64,000 nucleotides of DNA. Origin: Octopus vulgaris. Its lineage: Eukaryota. This document shows, in pieces, positions 48,698 through 63,271 of the stretch (its first letter is position 1; the number at the start of each line of letters is the position of its first letter). The notes under the pieces are model-generated. The model was not told where the DNA came from. It was given only the letters and a program-made list of their open reading frames with translations, and did not search any database. The translations under genes were made by a program, and so were the position numbers. The DNA is taken from the NCBI GenBank assembly GCA_951406725.2, contig OX597838.1:24924001-24988000 (forward strand), given 5' to 3'.

Positions 48698-49589
48698 TTG
48701 GTAAAATATAATAGCGTGGAGGCGCAATGGCCTAGTGGTTAGGGCAGCGGACTTGCACGAGGTACTTGCACGGACTCGGCGCACGAGGTATACTTTGCCA
48801 AACTGCTAAGTTACGAGGACATAAAACACTAGGATATATATACACACACACACACACATATATGTATGTATGTATTTGTGTGTGTGTGTGTTTGTACCCC
48901 TGTCATTGCTTGACAACCAATGCTGGTGTTTTTATGTCCTCGTAACTTAGCAGTTTGGCAAAGTATACCTCGTGCGCCCAGTCTGGGAATCGAAACCGCG
49001 ATCCTCCGACCGCAAGTCCGCTGCCCTAACCACTGGGCCATTGCGCCTCCACGCTATTATAATATTTTACCAACTCTAAAAGAAAGAACGAAACGTATAG
49101 TTTGATCTGGTCAGGATTTGAACTCAGAAAACATACGTAAAGGGACATAACCCAAGATGGCCAGACATTTTTGAATTCATCAAACGCCAGCTCAGGTAAA
49201 TAAGATGCAAAACATACGAAGTAAATGAAAAAAAAAAAAAACATATGCCGTTCAAAACAACAGATGTAAGTACAAAGAGGGTGGTGGGTGGGGTGTAGGA
49301 TAGAGAAAAAGAAAAAAAAGAAAATTAATTACAGAGTTAAGTCGTTTCTAATTAGTTACAGTAATCACTGAAGATTAAATGAAAAGCCAGGTACAGATGA
49401 TATTATGAGCGTTATCATTGTTTTTGATTTAATATTTACTACTACGACTGCTGCAACTTGGTAGCCAGTGATAGAGCAGCAACCGTTGAGCTTGGTACAT
49501 ATTATTGGTGCACACACACACACACACAAACTTAAACACATTGAGGCTTCCGTACAGGTACGCACACAGCAGCAGCCTTGCGCACCTTC

Positions 49590-49638
<49 letters not shown>

Positions 49639-49864
49639 CTCCCACGATCTCCCAACGCCTGCAAAACCAAGAGAGGGATCAGTGAACTGATAGTAATTAC
49701 ATCTTTGGCAACACTATCAATGAAGGAGAAAGAGAGAGAGAGAGAGAGAGAGAAAAGAGAGATAGAGAAAAGAGAGAGAGAGAGAAAAGAGAGAGGCAGA
49801 GTGGAGAGAGCAAATAGTAAGCTTAAGGCAAAGAGAGGAATATATGGGACGTTCACACACACAT

Positions 49865-49897
<33 letters not shown>

Positions 49898-50061
49898 GAA
49901 AGAGATAACAGCAACTGTATTGATCTGTTTTTTTGCAACAGCCATTCCGAGATGCACAGCTGTTAAAATGTTCCGTCCTATAAAACTCCCAACATCCCAC
50001 AACTGGGTAAAACCCAACACCAGGCACAAACCGATGTGTGAATGTGTGTGTGAGTGCGCGC

Positions 50062-50110
<49 letters not shown>

Positions 50111-50720
50111 TGCGCGCGTGCGTTTGTGTTAAGTATGGAAGTGTGCCAACACATCAATTTATGTTGGGAGTCGGTCCCTACAGATTTGTATAATCTGGGC
50201 TTAAATTATTTTATCATTAGAGTATTGAGTCCCTAGTTTTTATTGTCTAGTTTCCTCGGTGCAAATGAAGGAGAAAGCGAGAGAGAAAGAAGGGGGGGGG
50301 GGCAAAAAGAGAAGTAAGTACAGAGATTAAAGAAAAAACGGCAGAGAGAGAGGGAAAGAGGAATAGACATATATATTCATATATTAGCCATATTGGCGAT
50401 CTATATTCATTTTCTTTTATCTTTCCTTTCACTAATTTCAGACATTAAACTATGGCCATGCTGGGGCATCACCGCCATGATGAATTTCAGTCAAACCAAC
50501 AGATCCCAGTACTTTTTTTTTTGTTTTGTTTTAGAAGTCTAGTACTTTTTCTATTTGGTCTCTTGCCAAACTGCTATGCTACGGGGACATAACCACACCA
50601 ACACCAGTTGTCAAGTAATGGTAGGGGACAGACACACTGAAAAGAGACAGAGGCAGAAAGAGACACAGATAGGGAAAAGCCCAAAGATTTTATACATACA
50701 TACATACATACACACATATG

Positions 50721-50800
50721 TACAGTGTGTCCATAAAATATCTTTACAACTTCCAAACTTTTAATCTCAATATTATAAAGGGACTTTATGGATACCCTGT
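50721..50800. mobile_element. About 80-bp Tc1/mariner mini-element
   Basis: TACAGTGTGTCCATAAAATATCTTTA ... TAAAGGGACTTTATGGATACCCTGTG imperfect TIRs. Confidence 0.65.
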
Positions 50801-52442
50801 GTGTGTAAATATATATATTTCTTTACTACCCACAAGGTGCTAAGCACAGAGGGGACAAACAAGGACAGACAAAGGGATTAAGTCGATTCTTAATTTATCG
50901 ACCTCGAAAGGATGAAAGGCAAAGTCGACCTCGGCGGAATTTGAACTCAGAACGTAGCAGCAGACGAAATACGGCTACGCATTTCGCCCGGCGTGCTAAC
51001 GTTTCTGCCACACATAGATGTATATATATATATATATCATCATTCTTTAACGTTCGCTTTCTACGCTGTCATGGGTTGAACGGTTTGACTGAGGAATGGC
51101 AAGCCAGGAGGCTGCACCAGGCTCCAATCTGCTTTGGCAAGGTTTCTACAGCTGGATGCCCTTCCTAACGCCAACCACTCCGAGAGTGTAGTGGCTGCTT
51201 CTTTCATTCTAATATATATATACATACACACACACACACACACATGTACTTCACATATACATATATTTATACATACATATAGGTGCAGGTGTGGCTCTGT
51301 GGTAAGAAGCTTGCTTCCCATCCACATGGTTCTGGGTTCAGTCCCATTGCGTGGCACCTTGCGCAAGGGTTTACTTCTATAGCCTTGGGCTGACCAAAGT
51401 CTTGTAAGTGGCTTTGATAAATGGAAACTGAAAGAAGCCCGTCATATATATATGTGTGTGTGTGTGTCTGTATCTGCATTTGTTCCCCCACCCATTACTG
51501 CATGACAACCAGTGTTGGTGTGTTTACGCCCCAAAAACTTAGTGGTTCAGCAAAAGAGACTGATAGAATAAGTACCAGACATGAAAAATAAGTCCTAAGG
51601 GGGCTTGATTTGTTCAACTAGAACCGTTTAAGTAGCTGCTCCAGCATGGCCGCAGTCACATGATCGAAGCAAGTAAGAGAGTAAAAGAAAATGTGTGTGA
51701 AGAGAGAGAGAGAGAGACAATAAGACAATGGTGGGGAGAGAGGATGAGAGAGAGAAAGAAAAGGAGAAAGATTAAAAACAAAAAAAAGCAGAAACAGGTT
51801 TCTTTGCCTGCAAATGGGTGATGGTGGTGGTGGTGGTGAGGAACAAGAGTAAAAAAGGATTACTTTTGAAGTAACCGAAACCTTGTCGAAGGCATAATCC
51901 AATTTTATGTGCATTTTTATTTATCAGTTCTGTTACTGTTCCTTTTCTTTTCTATTTTTTTTCTTCTTTTTAATCTATCGAAAAGAAGGACCGGCCCATA
52001 ACCTCCACAAATATCTGAATATATAAATAAATAAATAAATAAGCGAAGCTATTCTCAAAGGGTGTCCCACTCCACTGCATCAGTAATTAAATTGGTCGAT
52101 GGCTTGTGGAAGACGCACACTAAAATACATCTTCCCGTAGACAGGACAGTGCTGCTGTCACTACTGCTGCTGTCACTACTGCTGCTGCTGCATATAAAGG
52201 CATCGTCTGAAGCTGGCTTGTGTGTTATATAGGAGATTTATATTACTCTTTTACTTGTTTCAGTCATCTGACTGCGGCCATGCTGGAGCACCGCCTTCAA
52301 TCGAGCAACTCGACACCGGGACTTATTCTCTTGTAAGCCCAGTACTTATTCTATCGGTCTCTTTTGCCGAACCGCTAAGTAACGGAGACACAAACACACC
52401 AGCATCGGTTGTCAAGCAATGCTAGGGGGACAAACACACACA

Positions 52443-52501
<59 letters not shown>

Positions 52502-52887
52502 GACGGGCTTCTTTCAGTTTCCGTCTACCAAATCCACTCACAGGGCTTTGGTCGGCCCGGGGCTATAGTAGAAGACACTTGCCCAAGGTGCCACGCAGTG
52601 GGACTGAACCCGGGACCATGTGGTTGGTAAACAAGCTACTTACCACACAGCCACTCCTGCGCCTATTAGCTGTTATTCTTTATTCTTTTACTTGTTTCAG
52701 TCAGTTGGCTGCGGCCATGCTGGAGCACCGCCTTTAGTCGAATCAAATCGACTCCAGGACTTATTCTTTGTAAGCCTAGTACTTATTCTATCAGTCTCTC
52801 TTGCTGAATCGCTAAGTTATGGCGACCTAAATACACCAGCATCGGTTGTCAAGCGATGTTGGGGGGACAATCACAGATACACAACAT

Positions 52888-52946
<59 letters not shown>

Positions 52947-53575
52947 TACGAGCTTCTTTCAGTTTCCTTCAGCCAAATCCACTCACAAGGCTTTGGTCGG
53001 CACGAAGCTATAGTAGAAGACACTTGCCCAGGGTACCACACAGTGGGACTGAACCCGGAACCATGTGGTTAGTAAGCAAGCTACTTACCACACAGCCACT
53101 CCTGCGCCTGTTATGTAGGAGATTAACTCTTTTGTTTCTAGATTCTTATTGAAATATGCTATCTTTGTTTCAATCAATTTTAAAAGTAATGGAAAATTTC
53201 TTCAAATAACATTGTCAATATTAAATTGCTGTTTGGAACATAAATTAACATGGAATTTTGATGGATGGGTTAAATTAAATTAAAACTTTTTAAAACAATA
53301 AGTTTGTGTCACAGGACTCATGCTGGTTTTAGGTAGGTTGGTATCAATAGAGTTACGCTATCAATAGAATTAACCCCTTTGTTGCCATTCAAGGTTTAAT
53401 AATAAAAAAAAAGTACTGGGAATGTTGCTATAGTAACGGAACTAAAGCGTGTAGATTGAAGCCAGTTGGCATAGATTGACCTTGAACTCTGCCACACATG
53501 CATTCTAAGTTGTAGCATTCTCATTCACTTTGGTTGCTTATAGCAGTGCTTGGAATTAAAGTAGAGTGCAGGTGT

Positions 53576-53928
53576 GTCAAAAACAAGGTTGGGTTTCAGC
53601 TGTACAGGATTTCTTTGATTGTGTTGAGGAAGATGAAGACTTTTTGAAAATGATAACAGGTGGTGATGACTCATGTGTCTATGGCTTTGACCCCAAAACC
53701 AAGTTTTGAAGAAAATTCCATGAAAAAAGAACAAGATTTCAAGACATCAAGATCCAGAAGTATGCGATGAGGCAGCTGCTTGCATGCTTCCATCAATGGA
53801 AATGATGCTGGATAAAGGTGTTTAGCTTTCAGAAAGGGACTAATTCGAAGGAGATCAAATGCTGGGTTGATTATATGTTGTAGTTTTTTTTTTTTAGAGC
53901 ATCAGTCCTAATATTTTTTGATCAGAGA
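53576..53928 (+). pseudogene. Internally deleted mariner transposase remnant
   Basis: QKQGWVSAVQDFFDCVEEDEDFLKMITGGDDSCVYGFDPKTK (compare FL..IITGDE.WVY.YDPETK), then CFHQWK*CWIKV...FEGD C-terminus. Confidence 0.85.
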
Positions 53929-54161
53929 GATGTAAAACGATGATGATGATGATGATGATGATGATAAGCATGTTTGCAGTACAGAATTATCTGGAAATGT
54001 TACCCGTGAAAGCTATGGTCCCTAAAATCAAGGCTTGAAAGGAATCTCACTTGAATGGAACAAAATTTGATGTCAAGAAAATCCAAGAACTATGCTAAAA
54101 AAAAAGGAGTTCCAGGAATGGAACTTCCATCAGCGAGTTGTAGAGCTCTTTTTATAATATC

Positions 54162-54382
54162 AGGCGGCGAGCTGGCAGAAACGTTAGCGCACCGGGCGAA
54201 ATGCTTAGTGGTATTTCGTCTGTCGTTACATTCTGAGTTCAAATTCCGCCGAGGTCGACTGTGCCTTTCATCCTTTCGAAGTCGATAAATAAAGTACCAG
54301 TTTCGCACTGGGGCCGATATAATCGACTTAATCCCCTTGTCTGTCCTTGTTTGTCCCCTCTATGTTTAGCCCCTTGTGGGTA
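54162..54382 (+). mobile_element. tRNA-derived SINE family B with Meta-like central domain (representative)
   Basis: GGCGGCGAGCTGGCAGAA...GAGTTCAAATTCC...GTCGACT(G/T)TGCCTTTCATCCTTTCG...GATAAAT..AGTACCAG. Copies at about 1545, 8440, 10045, 11900, 12455, 34720-35290, 36780, 37235, 39170, 40907, 43147 and 50815. Confidence 0.9.
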
Positions 54383-55344
54383 CTCTTTTACTCGTTTCAG
54401 TCATTTGACTGCGGCCATGCTGGAGCACCGCCTTTAGTCTTGCAAATCGACCCCGGGACTTATTCTTTGTAATCCCAGTACTTATTTTATCGTTCTCTTT
54501 TGCCGAACCGCTAAGTGACGGGGACGTAAACACACCAGCATCGGTTGTCAAGCAATGCTAGGGGGACAAACACACATACACATATATACATATATACGAC
54601 AGGCTTCTTTCAGTTTCCGTCTACCAAATCCACTCACAAGGTATCGTTGTATCCACGAGAAGACTGATCTCACAGCAGCTTAATTTTATGATACTGGTAC
54701 AAGCGTAGCTGTGTGGTAAGAAGTTTGCTTCCCAACCACATGATCTTGTCTGCTATTATAGCCCAGGGCCGACCAAAGCCTTGTGAGTGGATTTGATAGA
54801 TAGAAACTGAAAGAAGCCCATTGTGTATAAGTGTATGTATATATATAATAAAAAAGAATTGAGGTCAATTGGTTTGATTAAACTCTTCGTGGCAGTGCCC
54901 CAGCATGGCCACAGTCTAGTGACTGCAACAATTAAAAAGGTAAGTAAATCTGGATGGAAAAATAAGTAACTAAATAAAAAGGGGACGATCATAGCTGGAC
55001 CATATTTGATTGTTTGCCTGCTCGACAAGATTGACCTGGGGTTAAACAATAACAAGACACCAGTGGATGCTGCCTGCATCGATTTAAAGTGCCACAAGAT
55101 GCGGTTCAGACATGATTGTGCAAATGATGAAGATCAACACATAGCTAAGGAGGAGGGGGAGAAAGAGGTGAAGAAGTGAAGAGAGAGAGAGGAGGGGAGA
55201 AAGAGGGGGGAGAGAGAGAGGGGGGATAGAGGTGCAGGGAGGGAAACAGCAAGAGCGGGAAGTGTACGAAACTGAACATCATTGAAAGCTGTGTTCACAA
55301 GTTAGAGACGGGAACGTGTGAAAGTAATGACGAAAAGAGAGAAC

Positions 55345-55395
<51 letters not shown>

Positions 55396-55715
55396 CGAGA
55401 AGGTGGGGAGAGGGGAGAACGAGTGAGTGGGGGAAATGAAAAAGAGCGAGAGCTGACACACACACACACACACTACACTAAATCAAATTCATCCCATTTG
55501 TGAAGCCGTTCATCCAATGGTGCACACTCCCTTCTTTCATACGTGCACGTAGACATAAACAATTGCATACAGCTATCTCTTGTCCCTACTCCACCACCAC
55601 CACCGCCACCATGGCCACAGCCACCGCCGCCACCAACAACAACGCAAAACCTTACTAACCCACTCTGTTCTGTAGAGTTTATGTAAAGAAGGAACTGAGT
55701 CAGAATCTCCTTTAA

Positions 55716-56120
55716 ACGTACATACATACATACATACGTACATACACACGCATACATACATACATAATACATACGCATACACACGTACGTACATACATAT
55801 GCATACATACATACATACATATGCATACATACATAGGTACGTACGTACATACATACATACATACATAGGTATATACATAGGTACGTACGTACAAACATAC
55901 ATACTTAGGTACGTACGTACATATATACATACGTAAATACGTACGTACGTACATACATGCATAAATACGTATATACATACATACATACATAGGTACGTAC
56001 ATACATACATACATACATACATAGGTACATACATACATAAATACGTGCGTACGTACATACATACACATGCATACTTACATACATACATACGCATACATAT
56101 ATACATATGCGTACATACAT
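55716..56120. repeat. (TACA/TACG)n compound microsatellite
   Basis: Direct reading; similar low-complexity tracts at 25370-25730, 46450-47140 and 61612-62280. Confidence 0.95.
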
Positions 56121-56931
56121 GAAAAGCCCTCAGCTGCCTCGAGCCAACAAGCTACTCCCACACGGTAGCTTGAACTTCTAGAAATAGCAACCAGGCCTCC
56201 AAATCACAGCCTATTTATTTATTTATCCAAAAACAAATAGTAAATAAGCAGGAAGGACACTTTGGATAATTGTAATCGTTAGATACATAAAACTTGAATA
56301 AACAACAAGATGATTAAGACTGCAATCATAATTTTGATCACACACCTTATATCAGCTCAATTAGGAGCTGGCCTGAAACTAAATAACAGCTAGTTCAACA
56401 TCAGCATCAACATGAACAAGGTAAAGTGATAGTTAGCCATTGTTAGAAGGAAACGACATTAACCCTTTTGATACCGACCAGCCTGAGGCTGGCTCTTATT
56501 CCATGGCACGAAACCTCTAATTTGAATGCGTTCATTCATATATAAATCTACACCTTTCTTTGTTGTCTCAAGTAAAAAAAAAACCTTCAATTAAGCTACA
56601 AGTTATGTTGCGCTGTGTTCAGAACAATCCACTACTTAAAAGCAAGCAAATTACCGCATTTTAAATTAAGTTTAAAAAATATGGGAGTTTCTTATACATG
56701 GATAGTATTACTCTTTTACTTGTTTCATTCATTTGACTGCGGCCATGCTGGAGCACCGCCTTTAGTTGAGCAAATCGCCCCCCAGGACTTATTCTTTGTA
56801 AACCTAGTACTTATTCTATCGGTCTCTTTTGCCAGAACCGCTAAGTTATGGGGACGTAAACACACCAGTATCGGTTGTCAAGCGATGTTGGGGGGACAAA
56901 CACAGACACACAAATATATACACACACACAT

Positions 56932-56975
<44 letters not shown>

Positions 56976-57486
56976 GAAGGGGATTGGATTATGGCCATAG
57001 TTTCAGTTGGTCACACTTAGGTATCATCATCGTCGTTTAGCGTCTGCTTTCCATGCTAGCATGGGTTGGACGGTTCAACTGGGGTCTGGGAAGCCAGGAG
57101 GCTGCACCAGTCCCAGTCTGATCTGGCAATGTTTCTACGGCTGGATGCCCTTCCTAACGCCAACCACTCCGTGAGTGTAGTGGGTGCTTTTTACGTGCCA
57201 CCGGCACAGGTGCCAGACGAGGCTGGCAAACGACCACGATCGTGTGTGTCTGTGTTTGTCCCCCCAACATCACCTGACAACCGATGCTGGTGTGTTTACG
57301 TCCCCGTAACTTAGCGGTTCGGCGAAAGTGACCGATAGAATAAGTACTAGGCTTACAAGAATAAGTACTGACGGCGATTTGCTCGACTAAAAGGCGGTGC
57401 TCCAGCATCTAGTTGGAAAATCTAATGACGGTTGCTTCTGATGGGAGCCAATGGAGGAGGTATCTGAGCACTTTATCCACACTATC

Positions 57487-57890
57487 CATCATCATCATCA
57501 TTATCATCAACATTTAACATCCATTCTCCATGCTAGTATGAGTTGGACAGCTTGACAAGAGCAGCACTAGGTGCCATAGTCTGTTTAGTTTAGTTTCTGT
57601 GGCTGGATGCCCTTCTTAACGCCAACCACTCTGGAGTGTATTGGATGCTTTTTTACGTAGCACCATCACCAATACTCTTTATGTGGTACCCACACCAGTG
57701 CTTTTTATATGGCACCTTGGTTTCAGATTCTCAGTTCTGCTGGGGTGGGCAGGTCTTCTTGAGTACAGCAATGCGCCACACAACCCGGTCCTCAATCATC
57801 TCCTTTGTAAGGTTGAGCATTTTGAGATCAGTCTTCAATACTTCGTCCCATGTCTTCTAGGGTCTCTCTCTTCCACAACTTCCCTCCCAG
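57487..57890 (-). mobile_element. RTE-clade LINE 3' end with (GAT)n tail
   Basis: GSCGRERP*KTWDEVLKTDLKMLNLTKEMIEDRVVWRIAV. The shared 3' UTR (CTGGATGCCCTTCCTAACGCCAACC on +) also occurs at about 2135, 7812, 28200, 29190, 39945, 45177, 51037 and 57024. Confidence 0.82.
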
Positions 57891-58648
57891 GAATAATGGT
57901 AGGGAGAAGAGGAATGTATTGAATAAACAGAATTTTGATGGAAGGTTTTTAACCCCTTTTTTAAAAGGAGTTTTTCACCCCTTTTTACTACCGACCTGCT
58001 CATGACTGCTTCCATGATACGAAATTCTTGTTTGAAGTGATTTAAATTAGAACCTCCTTTGCAAATTCCATTTATGAACCAAACACCAATGACAAAATTA
58101 CTTTACCAAATTCTTTATCCTTTTCAAAATTAATTGAAACATAATCAGTATATTTCAGCAGGAATATGGTAACAGAAGCGTTAAAGCAAGGAATTTGTAC
58201 CATAGAACTTGGGGTTGAGCAGTCTCAAGCAGATTGGTAATTAAAAGGGTTAAATTAACATGTTACAGGGAGAAAGGAATGGTAAGTTACTCATCTAAAC
58301 TACATGAGAATTACTCAGAGAAATTTTCCATGAGAGATCACAGAGAAAGGACCCAAAAATATTTCATGGATCAACAGATAAGACATTTAAAGACATTTCA
58401 GAAATATTTAAATACTTAATAAAAATAAATTAATAATCTTTTTTTTTTTAAATTGTTGCTCCTTGTATAAGAACTGTGTGCATAATTAATTAGAAATAAA
58501 TAAAATATGCATTAAATAAAAAACAACAAAACTTGGTGAAGTGCATTTTTGTATTCTACAAACTTAATGAATCACTAGTTTGATTGAATCATCGTTAAGT
58601 AGAATATTTCTCTGTATCTTATTTTTAAAAGACCTATCTGTAAAATTA

Positions 58649-58686
<38 letters not shown>

Positions 58687-58716
58687 CAGTCACAAAGAAA
58701 GCATGTATATGTATTC

Positions 58717-58754
<38 letters not shown>

Positions 58755-59164
58755 TTATATATAAAATTTATATATATATAGATATATGTGTGTGTGTGTG
58801 TGTGTATTCACACATATGTATGCATATATGTGTGTGTATGTGTATATCCAGATCTACATATTGTGTGTGCACTTGTGCGTCTAGATACATATGCATCTGA
58901 ATGTGAGTGCATGTGTATATATATATACATACACATGCACTCACATTCAGATGCATATGTATATAGACGCACAAGTGCACACACAATATGTAGATCTGGA
59001 TATACACATACACACACATATACACATACACACACATATATGCATACATATGTGTGAATACACACACATATATATCTATATATATATAAATTTTATATAT
59101 AAAGATATATATATATATACACACACACACACACGAATACATATACATGGTTTCTTTGTGACTG
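58687..59164. repeat. About 480-bp near-perfect palindrome
   Basis: CAGTCACAAAGAAAGCATG...TCCAGATCTACATATTGTGTGTGCACTTGTGCGTCTA...GAGTGCATGTGTA is mirrored across a (TA)n centre at about 58920. Confidence 0.95.
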
Positions 59165-59874
59165 GTTTGAATTTAGTGATGAAGAATTTTAATCAGTTTT
59201 AAGGAAAGAGAGAGAGAGAGAAAAAAAGAGAGAAAGAGTGTGTGTGTGTATTTATACACACACACACACAAAAAATTATAGTTACTAGTCAGAAAATGTT
59301 ACTGACAGTTTTCTAAACATTTCTCTTTTGCGTGTCTAATATTTTATTATTCACATTCAAATACATAAATAATATTTTTAAAAAAAAATCTGTCAAAATC
59401 AAAAAAAAGGAAAAAGCATAGTTGAAGAGAGAGAGCGAAGGTGGGGGGGGGGGGGAGGAGAAAGAGATGCTATAAAGAGTTCTTGTTTATACACAGAACT
59501 TTGAAAATGGTAAAGGGTGGGGTGGGGGAAATACTGTCAGGCCATTGACCACTTGAAAACATTCAAGATTGAGTTCTTTCATTTTACATTGAAACTTAAT
59601 GCAATTACATCACAACATCCTTCTCATCAAGTCTGTCTTCAATCACAGACCTGCTAGAAATAGCAGGAAAAAAAATCTCCCTCCTATTGCTGACACAGAC
59701 ATTGGTATCTCAAGTCCTGTGAGACATTACTGCTTCATCACCCGGTTTCCATGGCATATAAACAACCAAGGTCACATTTTTCCCTCGAACAGAACACCGG
59801 TCTGGTTTAAGGAGACCCTTTATGCAACTGAGTGAAATGGAGTGTTTTGCTCAAGAACACAACCCAATGCTCAA

Positions 59875-60275
59875 TCATCATCATCATCGTCTGGCATCTG
59901 CTTTCCCTGCTGGCATGGGTGAGACGGTTTGACTGAAACTGGTGAGATGGAGAGCTGTACCAGGTTCCAATCTAATTTGGTTTGGATTCTATGGCTAGAT
60001 GGCCTTCCTAATGCCAACCAATCCAAGGGTGTAATGAGTGCTTTTTACATGCCACTGGCACAAGGTGCTAGTTACATGGCACTAGTATCAGCCACAACTA
60101 CAAATACACTTAGCTTGATGAATCTTCTCAAACACGGCACATCGCCAAAATTTCCAGCCACTTCTCACCTCCACGAGGCCCAACATTCGAAGATCATGCT
60201 TCACCACCTCGTACCATGTCTTCCTGGGTCTGCTTCTTCCACAGGTTTCCTTCACAGTTAGAGATCAGCACTCCA
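59875..60275 (-). mobile_element. RTE-clade LINE 3' end
   Basis: TCGRSRPRKTWYEVVKHDLRMLGL...W..AV followed by the same UTR and (GAT)n tail. Confidence 0.82.
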
Positions 60276-60629
60276 CAGACACATGTACCCTTAATGTAGT
60301 CCTCAAGGAGATATAGTGTGACACAATGTGACAAGGCTGCCCCCTTTGAATTACTGGTACTACTTATTTTTGCCAGCTGAGTGAACTGGAGCAACATGCA
60401 ATAAAGGGTCTTGCTTAAGGACATAAGATGTTTGTCACTGGGAATTGAACTCACGACCTTGTGATCATGAGCTGAATATCCCTAACCACTAAGCCATGTG
60501 ATTTCACCAGACCTGCCATTAAGTGCTTTATCATTAATGAATACACCACTGGAAATCGAACTCACGCCCAAGCATTCGTGAGCCAAACACTTTAACCTCA
60601 AAGCTAAGCACCTTCACCCAGCCATCTAA

Positions 60630-61070
60630 CACCACACACACACACACTATAGCATTGCATTACACACACACTAGTACCACACACACACACTAGCATTGCA
60701 CTACACACACACACACACTAGCATTGCACTACACACACAGACACACTAGCATTGCACTACAAACACACACACAAGCATTGCATCACACACGCATACTATC
60801 ACTGCATTACAGATACACAAATACACACACTAGCATTGCATTACACACACACTAGCATTGCACTACAAACACACACACACACTAGCATTGCACTACAAAC
60901 ACACACACATACTAGCACTGCATTACACACAAATACACACACTAGCATTGCACTACAAACACACACACACTAGCATTGCATCACACACACATACTAGCAC
61001 TGCATTACAGACACACACACACACACACATACACACACTAACATTGCACTACACACACACACACACACAT
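60630..61070. repeat. CA-based minisatellite with CTAGCATTGCA(C/T)TAC core
   Basis: The core recurs more than 10 times, separated by variable (CA)n. Confidence 0.9.
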
Positions 61071-61609
61071 TCTGCTGTCTAAAACCATACACCCTATTCT
61101 GAAATACTGTACCACACACACACACACACACGCTACCACATCCCGTGTGTGTGACGTACTCACATGCAGAATTTCCTGAGCATTTCAAATTTCAAACAAA
61201 ATTTCACAGCAAAAAATTCCTTTGATTATAATTTTGAAAAAAAATGACAATTCCATAAACTGCCAGAGAGGACTTGATTATAAGATGCTGTTTAACACCG
61301 GGTCAGACCTGATAGAGTCCACCTATAAATCATAAGCATTCAATCCATAGTCATCGCATCCTCCTTTTGGGCATGGAACATCTTAGACTACAATATCCAA
61401 AATATTGCTATCTCACGTTAGTTTTTTTTAAAGACAACTGGATGTAATGGTTGTTATTTCTAGCATTTTGAGGCATCCTGTTTTCAGGACATTGCATTTG
61501 GTTGACTGATTAGACGCCAGGAGGAGAAGGAAGAGTAGGAGAACTACACACTTGAAGAATATATCTTTAAAAATATCAAGTAGCAGGAAATATTGCACCA
61601 TATATTAAA

Positions 61610-61698
<89 letters not shown>

Positions 61699-61744
61699 AT
61701 ATATGTATATATATATATATACATACATATATGTATATATATAT

Positions 61745-61777
<33 letters not shown>

Positions 61778-62164
61778 CATACATATATACATACATATAT
61801 ACACATACATATATATATATATATACATACATATATATACATATATACATACATATATACACATACATATATATATATATATACATACATACATACATAC
61901 ATATATACACATACATATATATATATATATACATACATATATACACACATATATATATATACATACATATATACACATATATACATACATATATACACAT
62001 ACATATATATATATATATACATACATACATACATATATACATACATATATACACATACATAAATATATATATATATATACATACATACATATATACATAC
62101 ATATATACACATACATACATATACATACATACATATATAAATACATACATACATATACATACAT

Positions 62165-62199
<35 letters not shown>

Positions 62200-63216
62200 T
62201 GCACAGAAATACTATATATATACATACATATATATATATATGCATGCACAGAAATACTATATATATATATATATATATATTGTAATATTTATTTTAAGCT
62301 CAAACTTCACAAATCACAATTTGGAGTTTCATGTACCTGATTCTAAAGTGATAAGAAACGAATTTCCTCCCTGATGTATGTGTGTGTGGAGGGAGAGGTG
62401 TGTATATATATATATATATATATATATGGGTGGGAGTAGGTGTTTGTGTGGGAGTGTGTGGGAGTAAGCATATATTTAGACATAGCACCTCTGTAATTCA
62501 CAAGTGGCACTCAAGTGGATCAGTTCATCCAAACATCAGGGATAGTTTAAAGTACAACTGCAAGCTGCATTCAGAAGAAGAAGAAAAAAAACAGCCAATA
62601 AAGTTATTAGCCAGAGTCCAGCTTCCTCACCTCAATTAATTAAGAGGAAGTCTAAAACCGTCGTGAATGTCTCCAGACATATTCACTGCCGTCATTTAAT
62701 GTCCACTTTTCCAAGCTCGCATGTGTCGGTTAGAATTTTTTGAGGCAAATCTTCTATGGCCGGATGCCCTTCCTGTCGCCAACCCTCACCTGTTTACAAA
62801 CAAGGTAATATTTCCCCTTTGCCAGAAGATTTGAAATGAACAGCTCCACCTGTGCGACTGATGGTCATTTATAACCATGATGTGATGTCTAAGGCAAAGC
62901 TACACACAAATATATATATATATTTACATTTGCTGGTATTTACCTGTTCCTTTATACTGAGTGCTTACTAGATATCTGCCTGGTTTTTTAATCCTTTCTT
63001 ATATATATATATATATATATTATGACAAATGGCCGAGACCTTTGGCAATATGGCCTGCTTGAGAAGAAGACCCATTGAACCAACTGAAACCGAAGTCATT
63101 GCAGATACTGGTGTCACATAATTGGCACTTGTGCCAGTGGCACGTAAAGACACCTATTACACTCTTATTATACTCGTGTATATATACACTCATGCAGATA
63201 TACACACGTGTATGTG

Positions 63217-63271
<55 letters not shown>

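Noticed and set aside
48717-48760. tRNA-like sequences at SINE heads (also about 48980-49052, 2866, 8440, 42252)
   Set aside because: No closing acceptor stem; they continue into repeat bodies, so they are SINE promoters rather than tRNA genes.
55605-55658. Perfect Kozak GCCACCATGG
   Set aside because: Arises within a (CCA/CCG)n tract, and the frame closes after 15 codons.
61544-62285. Long ORFs rich in Y/I/H/T/C/V/M (also 25153-25770, 46318-47121, 55473-56120, 20738-21478, 49365-50027)
   Set aside because: Translations of (TA)n, (CA)n and (GA)n microsatellites; stop-poor by composition.
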